Positions 41,001 through 54,104 are shown, counted from the first letter of the whole stretch. The stretch: DNA of 60,843 nucleotides, filler included, from Nemertoderma westbladi (GCA_032718475.1; 3 parts of 3 records of this genome joined end to end with filler, not necessarily neighbours in it), one strand, 5' to 3'. A program made the numbers and translations. The notes: generated by a model from the sequence alone, not told the origin.

Positions 41001-43357
41001 GGGTAAAGTTTACGTACAAAAGGTTATGTTAGATAGTTCGGGGTAAGGTTTACGTGCAAAAGGTGATGATAGATAGTTCGGGGTAAAGTTTACGTACAAA
41101 AGGTGATGATAGATAGTTCGGGGTAAAGTTTACGTGCAAAAGGTGATGATAGATAGTTCGGGGTAAAGTTTACGTACAAAAGGTGATGATAGATAGTTCG
41201 GGGTAAAGTTTACGTGCAAAAGGTGATGATAGATAGTTCGGGGTAAAGTTTACGTACAAAAGGTGATGATAGATAGTTCGGGGTAAAGTTTACGTACAAA
41301 AGGTAATGATAGATAGTTCGGGGTAAAGTTTACGTACAAAAGGTGATGATAGATAGTTCGGGGTAAAGTTTACGTACAAAAGGTGATGATAGATAGTTCG
41401 GGGTAAAGTTTACGTACAAAAGGTGATGATAGATAGTTCGGGGTAAAGTTTACGTACAAAAGGTGATGATAGATAGTTCGGGGTAAAGTTTACGTGCAAA
41501 GGTGATGATAGATAGTTCGGGGTAAAGTTTACGTACAAAAGGTGATGATAGATAGTTCGGGGTAAAGTTTACGTACAAAAGGTGATGATAGATAGTTCGG
41601 TAAAGTTTACGTACAAAATGTGATGATAGATAGTTCGGGGTAAAGTTTACGTACAAAAGGTGATGATAGATAGTTCGGGGTAAAGTTTACGTACAAAAGG
41701 TGATGATAGATAGTTCGGGGTAAAGTTTACGTACAAAAGGTGATGATAGATAGTTCGGGGTAAAGTTTACGTACAAAAGGTGATGATAGATAGTTCGGGG
41801 TAAAGTTTACGTACAAAAGGTTATGATAGATAGTTCGGTAAAGTTTACGTACAAAAGGTGATGATAGATAATTCGGGGTAAAGTTTACGTACAAAAGGTT
41901 ATGATAGATAGTTCGGGGTAAAGTTTACGTACAAAAGGTGATGATAGATAGTTCGGGGTAAAGTTTACGTACAAAAGGTGATGATAGATAGTTCGGGGTA
42001 AAGTTTACGTACAAAAGGTTATGATAGATAGTTCGGGGTAAAGTTTACGTACAAAAGGTGATGATAGATAGTTCGGGGTAAAGTTTACGTACAAAAGGTG
42101 ATGATAGATAGTTCGGTAAAGTTTACGTACAAAGGGTGATGATAGATAGTTCGGTAAAGTTTACGTACAAAAGGTGATGATAGATAGTTCGGTAAAGTTT
42201 ACGTACAAAAGGTGATGATAGATAGTTCGGGGTAAAGTTTACGTACAAAAGGTGATGATAGATAGTTCGGTAAAGTTTACGTACAAAAGGTGATGATAGA
42301 TAGTTCGGGGTAAAGTTTACGTACAAAAGGTGATGATAGATAGTTCGGGGTAAAGTTTACGTACAAAAGGTGATGATAGATAGTTCGGGGTAAAGTTTAC
42401 GTACAAAAGGTGATGATAGATAGTTCGGGGTAAAGTTTACGTACAAAAGGTTATGATAGATAGTTCGGGGTAAAGTTTACGTACAAAAGGTGATGATAGA
42501 TAGTTCGGGGTAAAGTTTACGTACAAAAGGTGATGATAGATAGTTCGGGGTAAAGTTTACGTACAAAAGGTGATGATAGATAGTTCGGGGTAAAGTTTAC
42601 GTACAAAAGGTGATGATAGATAGTTCGGGGTAAAGTTTACGTACAAAAGGTGATGATAGATAGTTCGGGGTAAAGTTTACGTACAAAAGGTGATGATAGA
42701 TAGTTCGGTAAAGTTTACGTACAAAAGGTGATGATAGATAGTTCGGGGTAAAGTTTACGTACAAAAGGTGATGATAGATAGTTCGGGGTAAAGTTTACGT
42801 ACAAAAGGTGATGATAGATAGTTCGGGGTAAAGTTTACGTACAAAAGGTGATGATAGATAGTTCGGGGTAAAGTTTACGTACAAAAGGTGATAATAGATA
42901 GTTCGGGGTAAAGTTTACGTACAAAAGGTGATGATAGATAGTTCGGGGTAAAGTTTACGTACAAAAGGTGATGATAGATAGTTCGGGGTAAAGTTTACGT
43001 ACAAAAGGTTATGATAGATAGTTCGGGGTAAAGTTTACGTACAAAAGGTGATGATAGATAGTTCGGGGTAAAGTTTACGTACAAAAGGTGATGATAGATA
43101 GTTCGGTAAAGTTTACGTACAAAAGGTGATGATAGATAGTTCGGTAAAGTTTTCGTACAAAAGGTTATGATAGATAGTTCGGGGTAAAGTTTACGTACAA
43201 ACGGTTATGATAGATAGTTCGGGGTAAAGTTTACGTACAAAAGGTTATGATAGATAGTTCGGGGTAAAGTTTACGTACAAAAGGTGATGATAGATAGTTC
43301 GGGGTAAAGTTTACGTACAAAAGGTGATGATAGATAGTTCGGGGTAAAGTTTACGTA
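38011..43357 (+). repeat. 40-bp satellite, ~134 copies (about 3 more at 44388-44524)
   Basis: Unit GGTAAAGTTTACGTACAAAAGGTGATGATAGATAGTTCGG. Confidence 0.98.
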
Positions 43358-44387
43358 TTTAATTTAATTTATATTTGATCAGGCAATGAGTATTTCTGCT
43401 ACCGGCACATGCTTGGCCTAGGGAGGTTTTATTAATATCCTACCGCGCCTTGCCACGTACTGATAGGTATTGCTGCTAACCACTGCAGCAACAAAATTCT
43501 AGAATCAAATTTGTATACCAGATCAGCTAACGTACGGTAGCAATTAACAACTATTTCTTATCTTACAACCAGAATCTGGTATTTGTGCCGATCACGGGTG
43601 TAGTTACTAACACCGTAATTGCCCGGTTGAATTGTGGATAGGAAGGAGAGAGCTTTGATGTCATTTTGTAAGTATTACGCCCTACAGAGCGCGACTAGCT
43701 TATTTTAGTAGCTAGCGCCCGGTATTGTTACGATCAAAAATCACTAAAACCTAGTACAATGGAGTACACCAAAATTGTTTTATTCGTAACACACACACGC
43801 CCTAAAGTTATTGCTAGTTATTGCTTACTTTAGATTACTTTCTGATAGGATTCTACTTTGTAATTTTACTATTCGTAGTTTGTAAATTAGAGAGAGATAA
43901 GTGATATTTAGTTTTACGGCAAGAGGAGTATTGTTACTTTAGGCAGTATCCCCTTTAGACTGATTTGTACTGTCAGTATTGTTACGCTAGTCTGTTAATC
44001 CACTAGCTCGTATATAAACCATATAAATCAAACCGCGGCAAGTTTACGGTATTTAGGTCCGTTAGCGATAGTTAGGATTCGCTGCGCGGGGATTGTTTTC
44101 CTCGTGAGTTTGGTCTGTCTCCGTAGACTGCACATTTGCCTCACCGGTTAGAGGCCGGGTATCCTGCTTTGTCTTGTTCGCCGGGCATTTGACTCGCCCA
44201 CGTATTAGAATAGACACCAGGCTCCGTTCCTCGCCAGTAGTAGTTTGCGTATTTAGTATCTGTTTATTTAGACACCCTTGACTGGGATTTATTGTCAGAT
44301 ACTGTACGAGCCCGTATACGGTACTAGATCTTACAGTAAGATACATCGTCACTAGGATCCGGTGGGCGGTATACTACTGGACTTTTC
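43358..44387. mobile_element. Unclassified non-coding insertion in the satellite (element B)
   Basis: Interrupts one satellite unit; shares blocks with element A (clearest at 12992-13131). Confidence 0.75.
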
Positions 44388-46347
44388 AGGTGATGAACAA
44401 TAGTTTGGTAAAGTTTACGTACAAAAGGTTATGATAGATAGTTCGGGGTAAAGTTTACGTACAAAAGGTTATGATAGATAGTTCGATAAAGTTTTCGTAC
44501 AAAGGTGATGATAGATAGTTCGGGTTATATTCGCGAGCGATTTCTCGCCGGCAGGACAACACGATTTCCTCTGTGTTATCGTCGTCCTCACATACCGGCT
44601 ACCCCCCCATCCACCGCTAACGACTATCTGTAACTGTCGGACAAACATACTCAGACCTTTGTTGGATGTCTCGTGGTCTGGTGTTTACATCGTATGTAAT
44701 GCATTGGTATTGATATTTTACAAAGTGATTGACGTCGTACTTTTGTTGCACCGATCAGTATCACCGTTATACTGCTATCTAATATCCGTCAAAAGTCAGC
44801 ACTGCATACGGGATAAAAAGTAAATATAATGTACCTTTGTACAAGTACATGATAAAATTCATCATATACCACCGGAATAATATCCCGCTATCTTATCCCC
44901 GGTTCAGTTCGGCTTGCATCCATCCTGCATGAATTAAAGGGACAAACAATTTAAAAAATAAATTGAGCTGTTATTACAATCTAAATGCTAGTCCTAGTAT
45001 AATATTCAAAGCATTTATCCAATTCCAATACAATTTGCAAACGAACAATAAAATACTGAAGTTAAATAAAAGTATCTCTGATAATGGTAATACCAGGAAC
45101 TTACTAAAGCAATACATAATGTAGCCTATATATTTCATTTGGTATTTAAATATATTTATATACCCGCCATGCTACAACACAACTATATCGCACAACATTG
45201 ACATAATAAACAGAGGGTTAGAAAAACATAAGCTGATTTCATTTATAAACCAACAGATAACGAGTAGATAAAGAACTTTACGTCACTTACAAAGAACTAC
45301 AATTATATCAGGTTTCAGTGTATTTGAGAAAACGGGCAGCTTTTATATTTAATTCGAGCATGTATATACGTACAACATTTGGGTTGAGCTCCACCAACAG
45401 ACTACTACAGTACTAAGGTTTGCGATAAAATCCTTAAAAATTTGGTGTTTCTTTTAAATACACTATTTTATAAATTAAGTTAATAAAGTGGAGGAATGAA
45501 CCGTGTATAAATGTAACAAGGATTGAGCACTACTAGTATAATATTTATTGATTTTTATATTTGCATGAAAACCCGTCAAGTAGAATGGAATTCCGGAATC
45601 TGTGAACTTAGGAAGATTAATGGAGCGAAACCTCAACAAATTGATTTAACTATATCGTTATAATCGCAATCGGTATAATATTATTAACAATAATAAAAAA
45701 GGTATTGTTTTTAACAAACATGACAAGTTTAGTTACCAAAAGCTAAATAAATTTTATTTAAATTGTTTATAATCACGCTGTTACGAATGTCGGTTTATTT
45801 TTTGTATATATGAGATACATTGTGTTTCCACTGACATTTATATTAATATTTCATCCATTTGCTAAATTTGTTTATTATTTTAAACCCCATACCGCAACCG
45901 CTAATTTAATAAGCTGAATGAATTATTAAGGAATATGATTACCCAATAAACAAACCAATAATAATTTGTAATACATTCCAATATATGAGGACCATTTCAA
46001 TGTAATATTTAATTAAAATATATTTTTAACGCCTAAAGCTAATACAAGTTTTGCTGTACTTCATAAGCTATAAGTTTCATTAAGTTAAATTTAAACTTTT
46101 AAATTATTTATCGTGGAACGAGCATCACTTAAAATATAGTATTTTATTGATTAGTTATCGTGTTGTATAAAAACACAGAAGAGAAGTTTAAGGGAAAATA
46201 GAGTTGAACAATTATTATTAGGTCGGGGTTTACTGAGATAAAAGTGTTACTAGTTAGTTACGTAGTAATAGTATATACATTAAAACTGAAAGTAAATAGT
46301 CACAGACAGCAGTGCCCTCCCATCCACTCACTCAGACAGCGCGGCAC

Positions 46348-47067
46348 CTAACGCCGTCTACGCTGGTTATCCCGCTCACGCTTCAGGAGGATGGTGAGGA
46401 TAGACCTGAAGATGTGAATGATGTCGAGGAACAAGTCGAGCGCATGTCGCACGTGATCCCGGCTGCCTCGGCGGTTCTTCTCGATAATGAGCTGCGTGTC
46501 GAACAGAATGAAACCGCACATAACGAAGAGACCGAGGTACAAATGGGCGTTGAAGAGCATCTCGGATCTGAAGAAGAGGTTGACCAGACTGAGCATAGTG
46601 AGGATCCCGAGCCCGGACATAAGCATTCCCCCGAGGTACAGGAAACTTCGTCTCTTAGACAACAAAGCGGATAGCGAGAAGGAAACGAATAGGATCATTG
46701 TGGAGAAGAAAGCGGTTGGGATTAGCGATGGGTTCACTAACATCGCGATGTTTAGCAGCGGACCCATGGTGAACCCCGATGCAGCCGTAAACCCGCAGAA
46801 TATAGCCGTACGTTTCGTCAGCTGTTTCGGTTCATCAGGGACCCACAAGAGCCAGAACATGAGTCCCAGCGGTATGAGCGCAGTGAGGAAACCGAGACGC
46901 ATTACTCCGAGGTACATTGCGGCGTATGACCCCACAGCCGCCGTAGCCATGCCGAGGGCCAGCGTCGAGTAAACGTCGCGTAAATGGCGACAAACCGAAT
47001 TCTCTAAATGAGAGAAATCACCCAATGCCTTCCACTCAATCTTTCTTTGTCCGAATATGGCGTCCAT
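46348..47067 (-). CDS. TMBIM6: Bax inhibitor-1 / TMBIM6
   Basis: HLRDVYSTLA, NPSLIPTAF, RRSFLYLGG, GFILFDTQLIIEK, HALDLFLD; multiple TM helices and a basic C-terminus. Confidence 0.95.
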   Translation of the reverse strand: MDAIFGQRKIEWKALGDFSHLENSVCRHLRDVYSTLALGMATAAVGSYAAMYLGVMRLGFLTALIPLGLMFWLLWVPDEPKQLTKRTAIFCGFTAASGFTMGPLLNIAMLVNPSLIPTAFFSTMILFVSFSLSALLSKRRSFLYLGGMLMSGLGILTMLSLVNLFFRSEMLFNAHLYLGLFVMCGFILFDTQLIIEKNRRGSRDHVRHALDLFLDIIHIFRSILTILLKRERDNQRRRR

Positions 47068-47740
47068 GATCGATTGAACAATTATTAATTAAGTTAGACA
47101 ACCGTATCACAGTATCAGTATACTATACAGGTATAGGTAGAAGGTAGGTACTGCTGTGCTGTACGTAGTGGTATAGTCAGATAGTAATACAGTAATAGTA
47201 TATGAATATCAAATAGAAAGGACTATTATATAATACAGTATGCCTTGGGCCTAATACTATTACCAGTATAGTATATTAATTTTGTTTGTCATACTGCAGT
47301 TCTGCAGTAGGCCTACCCCCTATCGTACAGCCGTATTGTCGTGTGCCAGTGTCATAAAAGCCCAAATCACAAAACAGCAAAACCAAATCGGTTCTATCAC
47401 ACTACAGGCAGACAGGCGCCACTTTTAATATGGAAAGCATTCAGTATTATTTTACTTGCTATAGCCTAAGCACTAAGCAACAAAGCCTAGCTGCCTAGTG
47501 CTCCACCCTACTGCTGGCAGGCTGGTGATGTTGTAAAGACTGGCGAAATTTGAGGTTTTGGCTCAAATTTGAGGTTTAACATCAAATTTCAATTTTCGCC
47601 CCCAATAAAAGCATGTTTGCATCGGTGAAATATTTTATTGCATCGATAAAAGTTCTTATTTTACATTATATTTTAACATATTAAAAGTAGAAGTTGCTCC
47701 AACAGTTTCCCTAAGTCGCAGCAACACTCGATATTATGAG

Positions 47741-47840
47741 NNNNNNNNNNNNNNNNNNNNNNNNNNNNNNNNNNNNNNNNNNNNTTAATTAATTAANNNN
47801 NNNNNNNNNNNNNNNNNNNNNNNNNNNNNNNNNNNNNNNN
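47741..47840. other. Assembly gap with artificial linker
   Basis: N44-TTAATTAATTAA-N44. Confidence 0.98.
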
Positions 47841-48931
47841 ACTTTTGACCATCTGTAATTCTAGTCGATTAAGATATCGTGGCACCCACCGATATACTTG
47901 AAAGACAAATTCTAGAATCAGTGGTTAACGTCCCCAGACAAGTTCTGGAATAAATCGGTGCCCATCCTAAATATTAATTTAATATTTATTAAAATCTGTA
48001 AAATCCCGATCCTTTAAAATTTCTAGTCAATTAAGATATCGCAGTATTTACCGATATTCTTAGAAGGACTATTTTATAGAATTAAGGATCCTAAGTCCCC
48101 AGATATGCTCTGGAATAAAATTTGTGTCAATTTAACATCAAATAATAAAATTCAAGGGAATAAATTTAAATTCATATTCAAATGAATTTCATAAATTGTC
48201 ATTTTGTGCGATTTATAACATTCCCCAAATTCCAGTAATTAATAGATCATGGGAGCGGAGATTCATATTGAGTGTACTAGAGTGTGAGAATCTCCAACAT
48301 ATAGTCAATAGCCTATAAAATTTATAAAATCATGCATAAAGAGGATATTGACAATTAAAGAATTACTATTAAATAACATCCCAGATCTGTATGCATGAGA
48401 ATTATCCTAATTCTACCGCTAGTTTTCCATAATGTCACCATGGCAACACCCACGCTAGAATTAGAAGCAAGTTAACTGAACAATAAAAAGCTTGCCCCAT
48501 TGCGTAGCATAAGAGTATACATAGCGCACTATTAGTATCCAAGGATACATAGTAATAACGTGACATTCTGGAAGACACTGACTAACGGACAAATGGCATG
48601 CATGTGTGCAGTAAATAATGATTGTATGGAATTTGTGCGTTTATAGGTGAATGTTACTACTAAAGTGTGTTTACAGTAGCTAATCGCAATTGTAAAATAG
48701 CCCTAACTCTACCGAGATAACCTCAAGTGGATTCAAGCCTTTGGGACGGACAGTGGTGGGACTTGTGCCGGTTATCGTTGTCGTGCTGTTGCTACATGTT
48801 GGCGTAAACACTGCGACAGCGGTACATCGGCGCTGAGAAACCCACTGTCCGGGGGCAAAGCCTAGTAGGCAGCGACGCCCGCTTGCCTAAATATTAACTC
48901 ATATTAATATTAATAAACTCAGATAGCAGAT

Positions 48932-50220
48932 ATGACGGAATTGATAGAAGATGACCTTGGTATTAGAGAGTGATATACTATACCTTTACAAGCGTTTGTG
49001 GATAGCTTGATACGCGGTGAAGCCGATCCGACTATTACGGAGGACGATGGTCGTTATATCGAACCGCCGATGTCCCAAGAGCAACTTACGCGTGAATTGG
49101 ACTATCGAAAATTAACCGCTCGCTATACGCATCGTAATGGTACGTATATGGACTTCTTAACTACCGGCCATCCTATCGATTTACATGATACGGACGATGT
49201 AGACACCGAAAGGGAAATGGTTCTATTTAAATATCATACCCAGCGGCGTCGTAACGATAAACCGAGAATAGATCACGAAAATTCTATTCGTAACAGACTG
49301 GGAAGACGAACCAATATGTCTAGAATCTGAGGAGATTCAGCCTATCGCGCTCGGAACAGCGACAACGATTACATCCTAGAATGGTATCAAAGTCCACAGT
49401 GTCTCACTGCGTACGATTATCGCCATGCCAACTATGTTTCTCGGCAACGTTGTCGGTTATGCGCATCGAGAGACCATGTTACGCCCATGGACACAAACGT
49501 CCGCTGTTCCTATTTCCACGAACAACCGGCGATGGAAATTTATTGCGCGTATTGCAGATTTAATAATTTGCACATTTTTGCGGTTTGCCCTCAATTTATG
49601 ACTCAATGTCACCATTGTCAACTAAAGGGACACGCCAGTTTCGATTGCCCTTTTAATCGCGATTTGGAGGGCGTGGATGAAATGATCACACTACGTTACA
49701 TTAGAGCTTGGGAAGCGAAGGCTGATTTACATCGTGATTCGCGCCATCGCTATTATCCTGGACGCGCTTACGAAGGAATTTATGCGTTCCATCCTTATCT
49801 ATTCGCTTCTGTCGAACAGAAATCACGCATATCGAGTTACAGGAAGTATATCGACGGCCTTACGAATACCGAGCCCGTGAACGCGAGTTGGAAAGGACCA
49901 TTAAACCCCGGAGGTTTCTAGCTGCCTATAGTCCACCCACGGCCCTCGTTCAGACCACTCGTAAAGGACCCGTAAGAGCGGCTGTCTTGAAACGAGCTCT
50001 CAAAGCCGTTAGACCCCTCTCCCCGGACGTTGATGTCAATCAACCCGGTACTTCGACCGGCGGATATACCGATCGCAATCCCATACCTTCTGATGCAATC
50101 ATATTGCACCCTTCACCCAGGAGTTATAGCCCTCCTCGTAAAGTGGCTCGCCCCAAAGAGAAAAGGACTCTTGCTAGCTTTAAAAAACTGCGTAAACGCC
50201 GTCCGCGCAAGAAAGACTAA
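48932..50220 (+). pseudogene. Disrupted ORF with three CCHC-type zinc knuckles and a basic tail (gag-like, unclassified)
   Basis: One frame 48932-49921 broken only by two TGA codons; CRLCASRDH..C, CAYCRFNNLHIFAVC, CHHCQLKGHASFDC; overlapping-frame tail ends KKLRKRRPRKKD. Confidence 0.65.
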
Positions 50221-52874
50221 CTGTTTAGAGTATTTACGTATATTAGAAACTGTGATTTTTGTATATTTATAGACTCAAATCCCATTTTCTGGGAGCGGTG
50301 TAAAAGCTTCTGTGGGATATAACTGGCCCCCTTTGCTTCGCAATCCAGTTTCCCCCCAGGCGCTGGAATACTCTAAAAAGGTTCTCTAACTGTATATATA
50401 TTCCCCTCGCCCGCAAGGTACCGTTACAGGTGTTTTAACGGACATAAAAGTCATTCTGCTATATACGTGTTTTAGCGGACATGGTAAGGCAAAAAACCTG
50501 CAATGCACCAAATACCTTTCACAGCTTAGCCGTGATGATTCATATTACGACATCTAACAGCTGGTTGCTGACATGGAAACAGCCATTGGATGCATGGTTC
50601 TTTGTTTGGCTTGAGCCAATCAGAGCGTTTTTTCCTGTCGACGTGTAGCTTTTCGGCCGATCATAAGGAGAGTGTTCAGTCTTACTGTTTTTACTTGATA
50701 CTTTGTTGTTATTGCTGTCTAAGCCAGAAACACCGGCTCTAAGAACTCTAGTAAAACTGCTTAAATTATCGAAAGTATAAACTGTTACCAAACAAACTAA
50801 TCTCACTAATCGAACGAACTCACTATCTCACTTAATTTAACTGCATTAATCATATTGTTTGTACTGTTATTTACCGTCAGTTATTAATTGTACCTATTTG
50901 TTGATGGAAATATTGCTCTTTGGATAATACGGATAAATCACCCAAATTCCCAATTTTCTTGATACACTACAGGTTAGAGAGACCGGCTATACATAACAAT
51001 TGCGATTTATATTAATGTGGTGTGTATTGAATCCAATGTTATTTAGCAGACCCTACGTGAGTCAATTGCTGCTCTCTTTATGTGTGATCAAATATACTGA
51101 CGGTCGGCAGAATAGTGTGTATGATTGTGATTGGTAACAAAGTATTTCCTAAAGAATACGCTTTATACTTCAATCATAAGCAGTATCGTTGCGTTTTAGT
51201 ATAAGTCTTAGTTCTGTTTAAATAGATAAAGCGCCACGTCCTAAAGGAACTGTTAATATTTCCCGAAAGCCAATAATATCTGTCAGAGATTAATTATTAA
51301 TGATCTATCGAATAATACAGTAGGTATACACTGCAACCTTACACTGCAATAATACAATTTAAGCATCCGAATTCAGTCTCCCGGGTGTAGATCCATCGGG
51401 TGAATGATCGCGCATGGGCTGACTTCGGCTAGTGTTTTGCGTATTAGCATAAAATATTGTCGTATGCTAAAGTGGTTTTAATTAACTAAAAGACATATAA
51501 ATTTTGGCAGGTTAAACTGCTAAAGGTCTTCAAAAGCGCGAACAAGTGGCGTGGTGGGACCCAGTATGGGGCCCGGGAAATCCCAAAATAAGGGCCCATT
51601 CATAAATGCTAGATCACCTGGAATTTTGACGAACAAACCCTAACGCACAAAATATTTTATAGAAAAAGGCTTTTATAAAGTTTTGAAGAAACAAATATAA
51701 TAGCACAGTTAATCATAATAATACTGTATAAGTAGTGATATCAGGATAGGGCAGTACACAATATATTTATTTAAACTTTTGACTTTCTACCGCGAAGTTT
51801 CGATTTAGTTATAGTTGTTGCAAAGGCTTCAAAATGTAGCCACCACGCCACTGCAGTGGAACGCTCGTGTAAAGAAATCGGACTTTAAATCTCGACAGAA
51901 AACTTCTAATTCTGTTGCGGTTCGCTTCGCAGATGAAGTTGCAAACTACTGTGGGTATTAAACACGGTCGGAGCGGCGAAGGTAAACGAGCGACCACCGT
52001 AGGACTTTAGGTTGTATTGCGGAACTTTGAGGGTCCAGAGATAAATTAGTTCTTGTAGCAGAATAATTCGGTTTCAATAGAATGTAGTCGGGTGCTTTAT
52101 TATTTAGAGCCTACCAGGTAAGGAGACCCGGGGGGGGGGGGGGTCGAAACTGGACGGAAATCCAAATTACTAAATCTGCCACTGGATGAGTCTCGCCTCA
52201 CACGCTATTATGGCGTCTTTTTAGGGTCAAAATTCAGTAAATTATTTTTTCTTTAATTTTGTTTTACACAAACATAAATAAATAGACAGACACAAACATA
52301 AATACAACAAATAGTACATAAATAATTATTTTATTCCAAAATTGTAACATTACTCAACGCCGTTAGTATTAACAGCGAGTTGTTATTTAGCACTTTACAA
52401 CTTTAGAGGATATTAAAGCATTGTATTGGCCTGTACATTTAGTATTGTATTTGGTGTTATTGTTTACGTGGTAACCCATGACGGCGTTTAGTAATGTCAA
52501 CTAAGGGGACATTACTTAACGCCGTCATTGGATACCACGTAAACAATAGGTGGAAATTTGCCTGACAGCCAAATAGGCCTACTGCATTACCTACCGGTAG
52601 GCGGGGTATAGCTATTAATAACCAGTAGGGCCTAGCTATATTATAACATGACTCCAAACGCCACCATAAATATAAGCTAACTTATTTATAACATAATTTA
52701 TGTCATTTTTACATTTCTTTATACAGCAACTAATTTAATTTGTGCAGTTTCTATAACTTATAATATATATACTGTACAATCATTTCGTAATGTTAAAATT
52801 TTGAAATAAAACTACATACATACTTGTTGCAAAGTACTTTACAGTGTTCTGATCCTCGTGGCTTTATTTTCACT

Positions 52875-53292
52875 CTACTAGGATCTAGGATCGGCATGCT
52901 GCATTGCAGCTGCATTTTTAAGAATGCTGTGCCGGCTTATCGACAAAATTGCACCGCCACAACTCCCTATCACCCATGACATTTGCTAGATCATCCGCAT
53001 CTTCAAGGCCAGTGTCCTTTAAGATGCGTCTCAAGAAAGTCATGGGCTGTCCACCATGCTTATTCACTCCATGAGGCTGCCAAAGTACAAGATTATGCAC
53101 TGGCTGGTCCTCACGGCGAAAGCAATGTCCTGCAAAGCGGAGGCGATTTTGTTCTAGTGTCAAGCTTGGGGGAACCAATGAGACACCTCCAATGTTATAT
53201 AGTGTCTGGTTGGAGATGTGTGCATTGTACTTGACACAATGAACCCGACGTAGCATTCTTGTGAATGTGCCATCCAGTGAGTGTACACTCAC
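52875..53292 (-). mobile_element. 5'-truncated RTE-group (Proto2/RTEX-like) LINE
   Basis: LDGTFTRMLRRV...RLRFAGHCFR...LVLWQP...MGDRELWR. Confidence 0.85.
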
Positions 53293-54104
53293 TCACTATC
53301 GTTCGTTCGTGTAACAAAGCCACTCAGATCATCACACTGTAAAGTGCTACTGTACTTCACACAAGTATGTAAATAGTTATTACCAGTTTAACTTCAGAAA
53401 GAATTACACCCAATTGCCCCGTGTTTAAATGCTATTTTATACCGTTTTTGATCGGAGCCTCATTGGGAGCTACTGAGAAGGATATTGTGTTGATACAGTA
53501 CCATTGATACCATGTGTCAGTCATGGGGGTTTTGGTTTGCGATACATAATTACCAGGATGATCGCCGCTAATCTGTCAGCTAAGGGTGGTACATGCCAAG
53601 CTGAGTAATACCTTGAAGGAAATAAATAGTCCGACAGATCTGACTGGGTGGGGATGAATTCCGCGATAAAGCTCGCTCTCAGGTACTGTTTGTTACCACC
53701 GGTTCTTCATACTCCTGCCCTGTGTTGGCTGTTGTGGCTTATTCTCAACATCAGTTACGTCTGGCAGCGTAATAATAAAGCAACGCGATGAGGTGAGGGA
53801 GGTGTTTGGTGACCTCAAGACTTCTGCTTTTTGTGCATCAAGAGTAGAGAGAATCAACTCATTGCCAAACTTGACATATTGAATATAAGTGACTAATTAT
53901 GTAGTTTATTTTATTTTATATTATTTATTTATTTTTGTAAAGGAAATAATTTAAGTGTTTTCGAAAACAAGTTCTGCACAAAGACCGCAAAAAGTTTGTT
54001 ACACAGTTTAGTAGTGTAGTAATGTAATATATTGTAAACAAGGTTTTGTAATCCCACCACGGAAATATTTTAATTTCATTAGTTCGCCGAATCAGCTATT
54101 TATT

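Noticed and set aside
44085-44125. HDV-like ribozyme around TCCTCGTG
   Set aside because: P1/P2/P3 pairings could not be built and the motif is not conserved in element A.
46312-46972. Plus-strand ORFs of 120 and 161 aa
   Set aside because: Antisense shadows of TMBIM6; the same applies to those opposite ATG3 and GPI.
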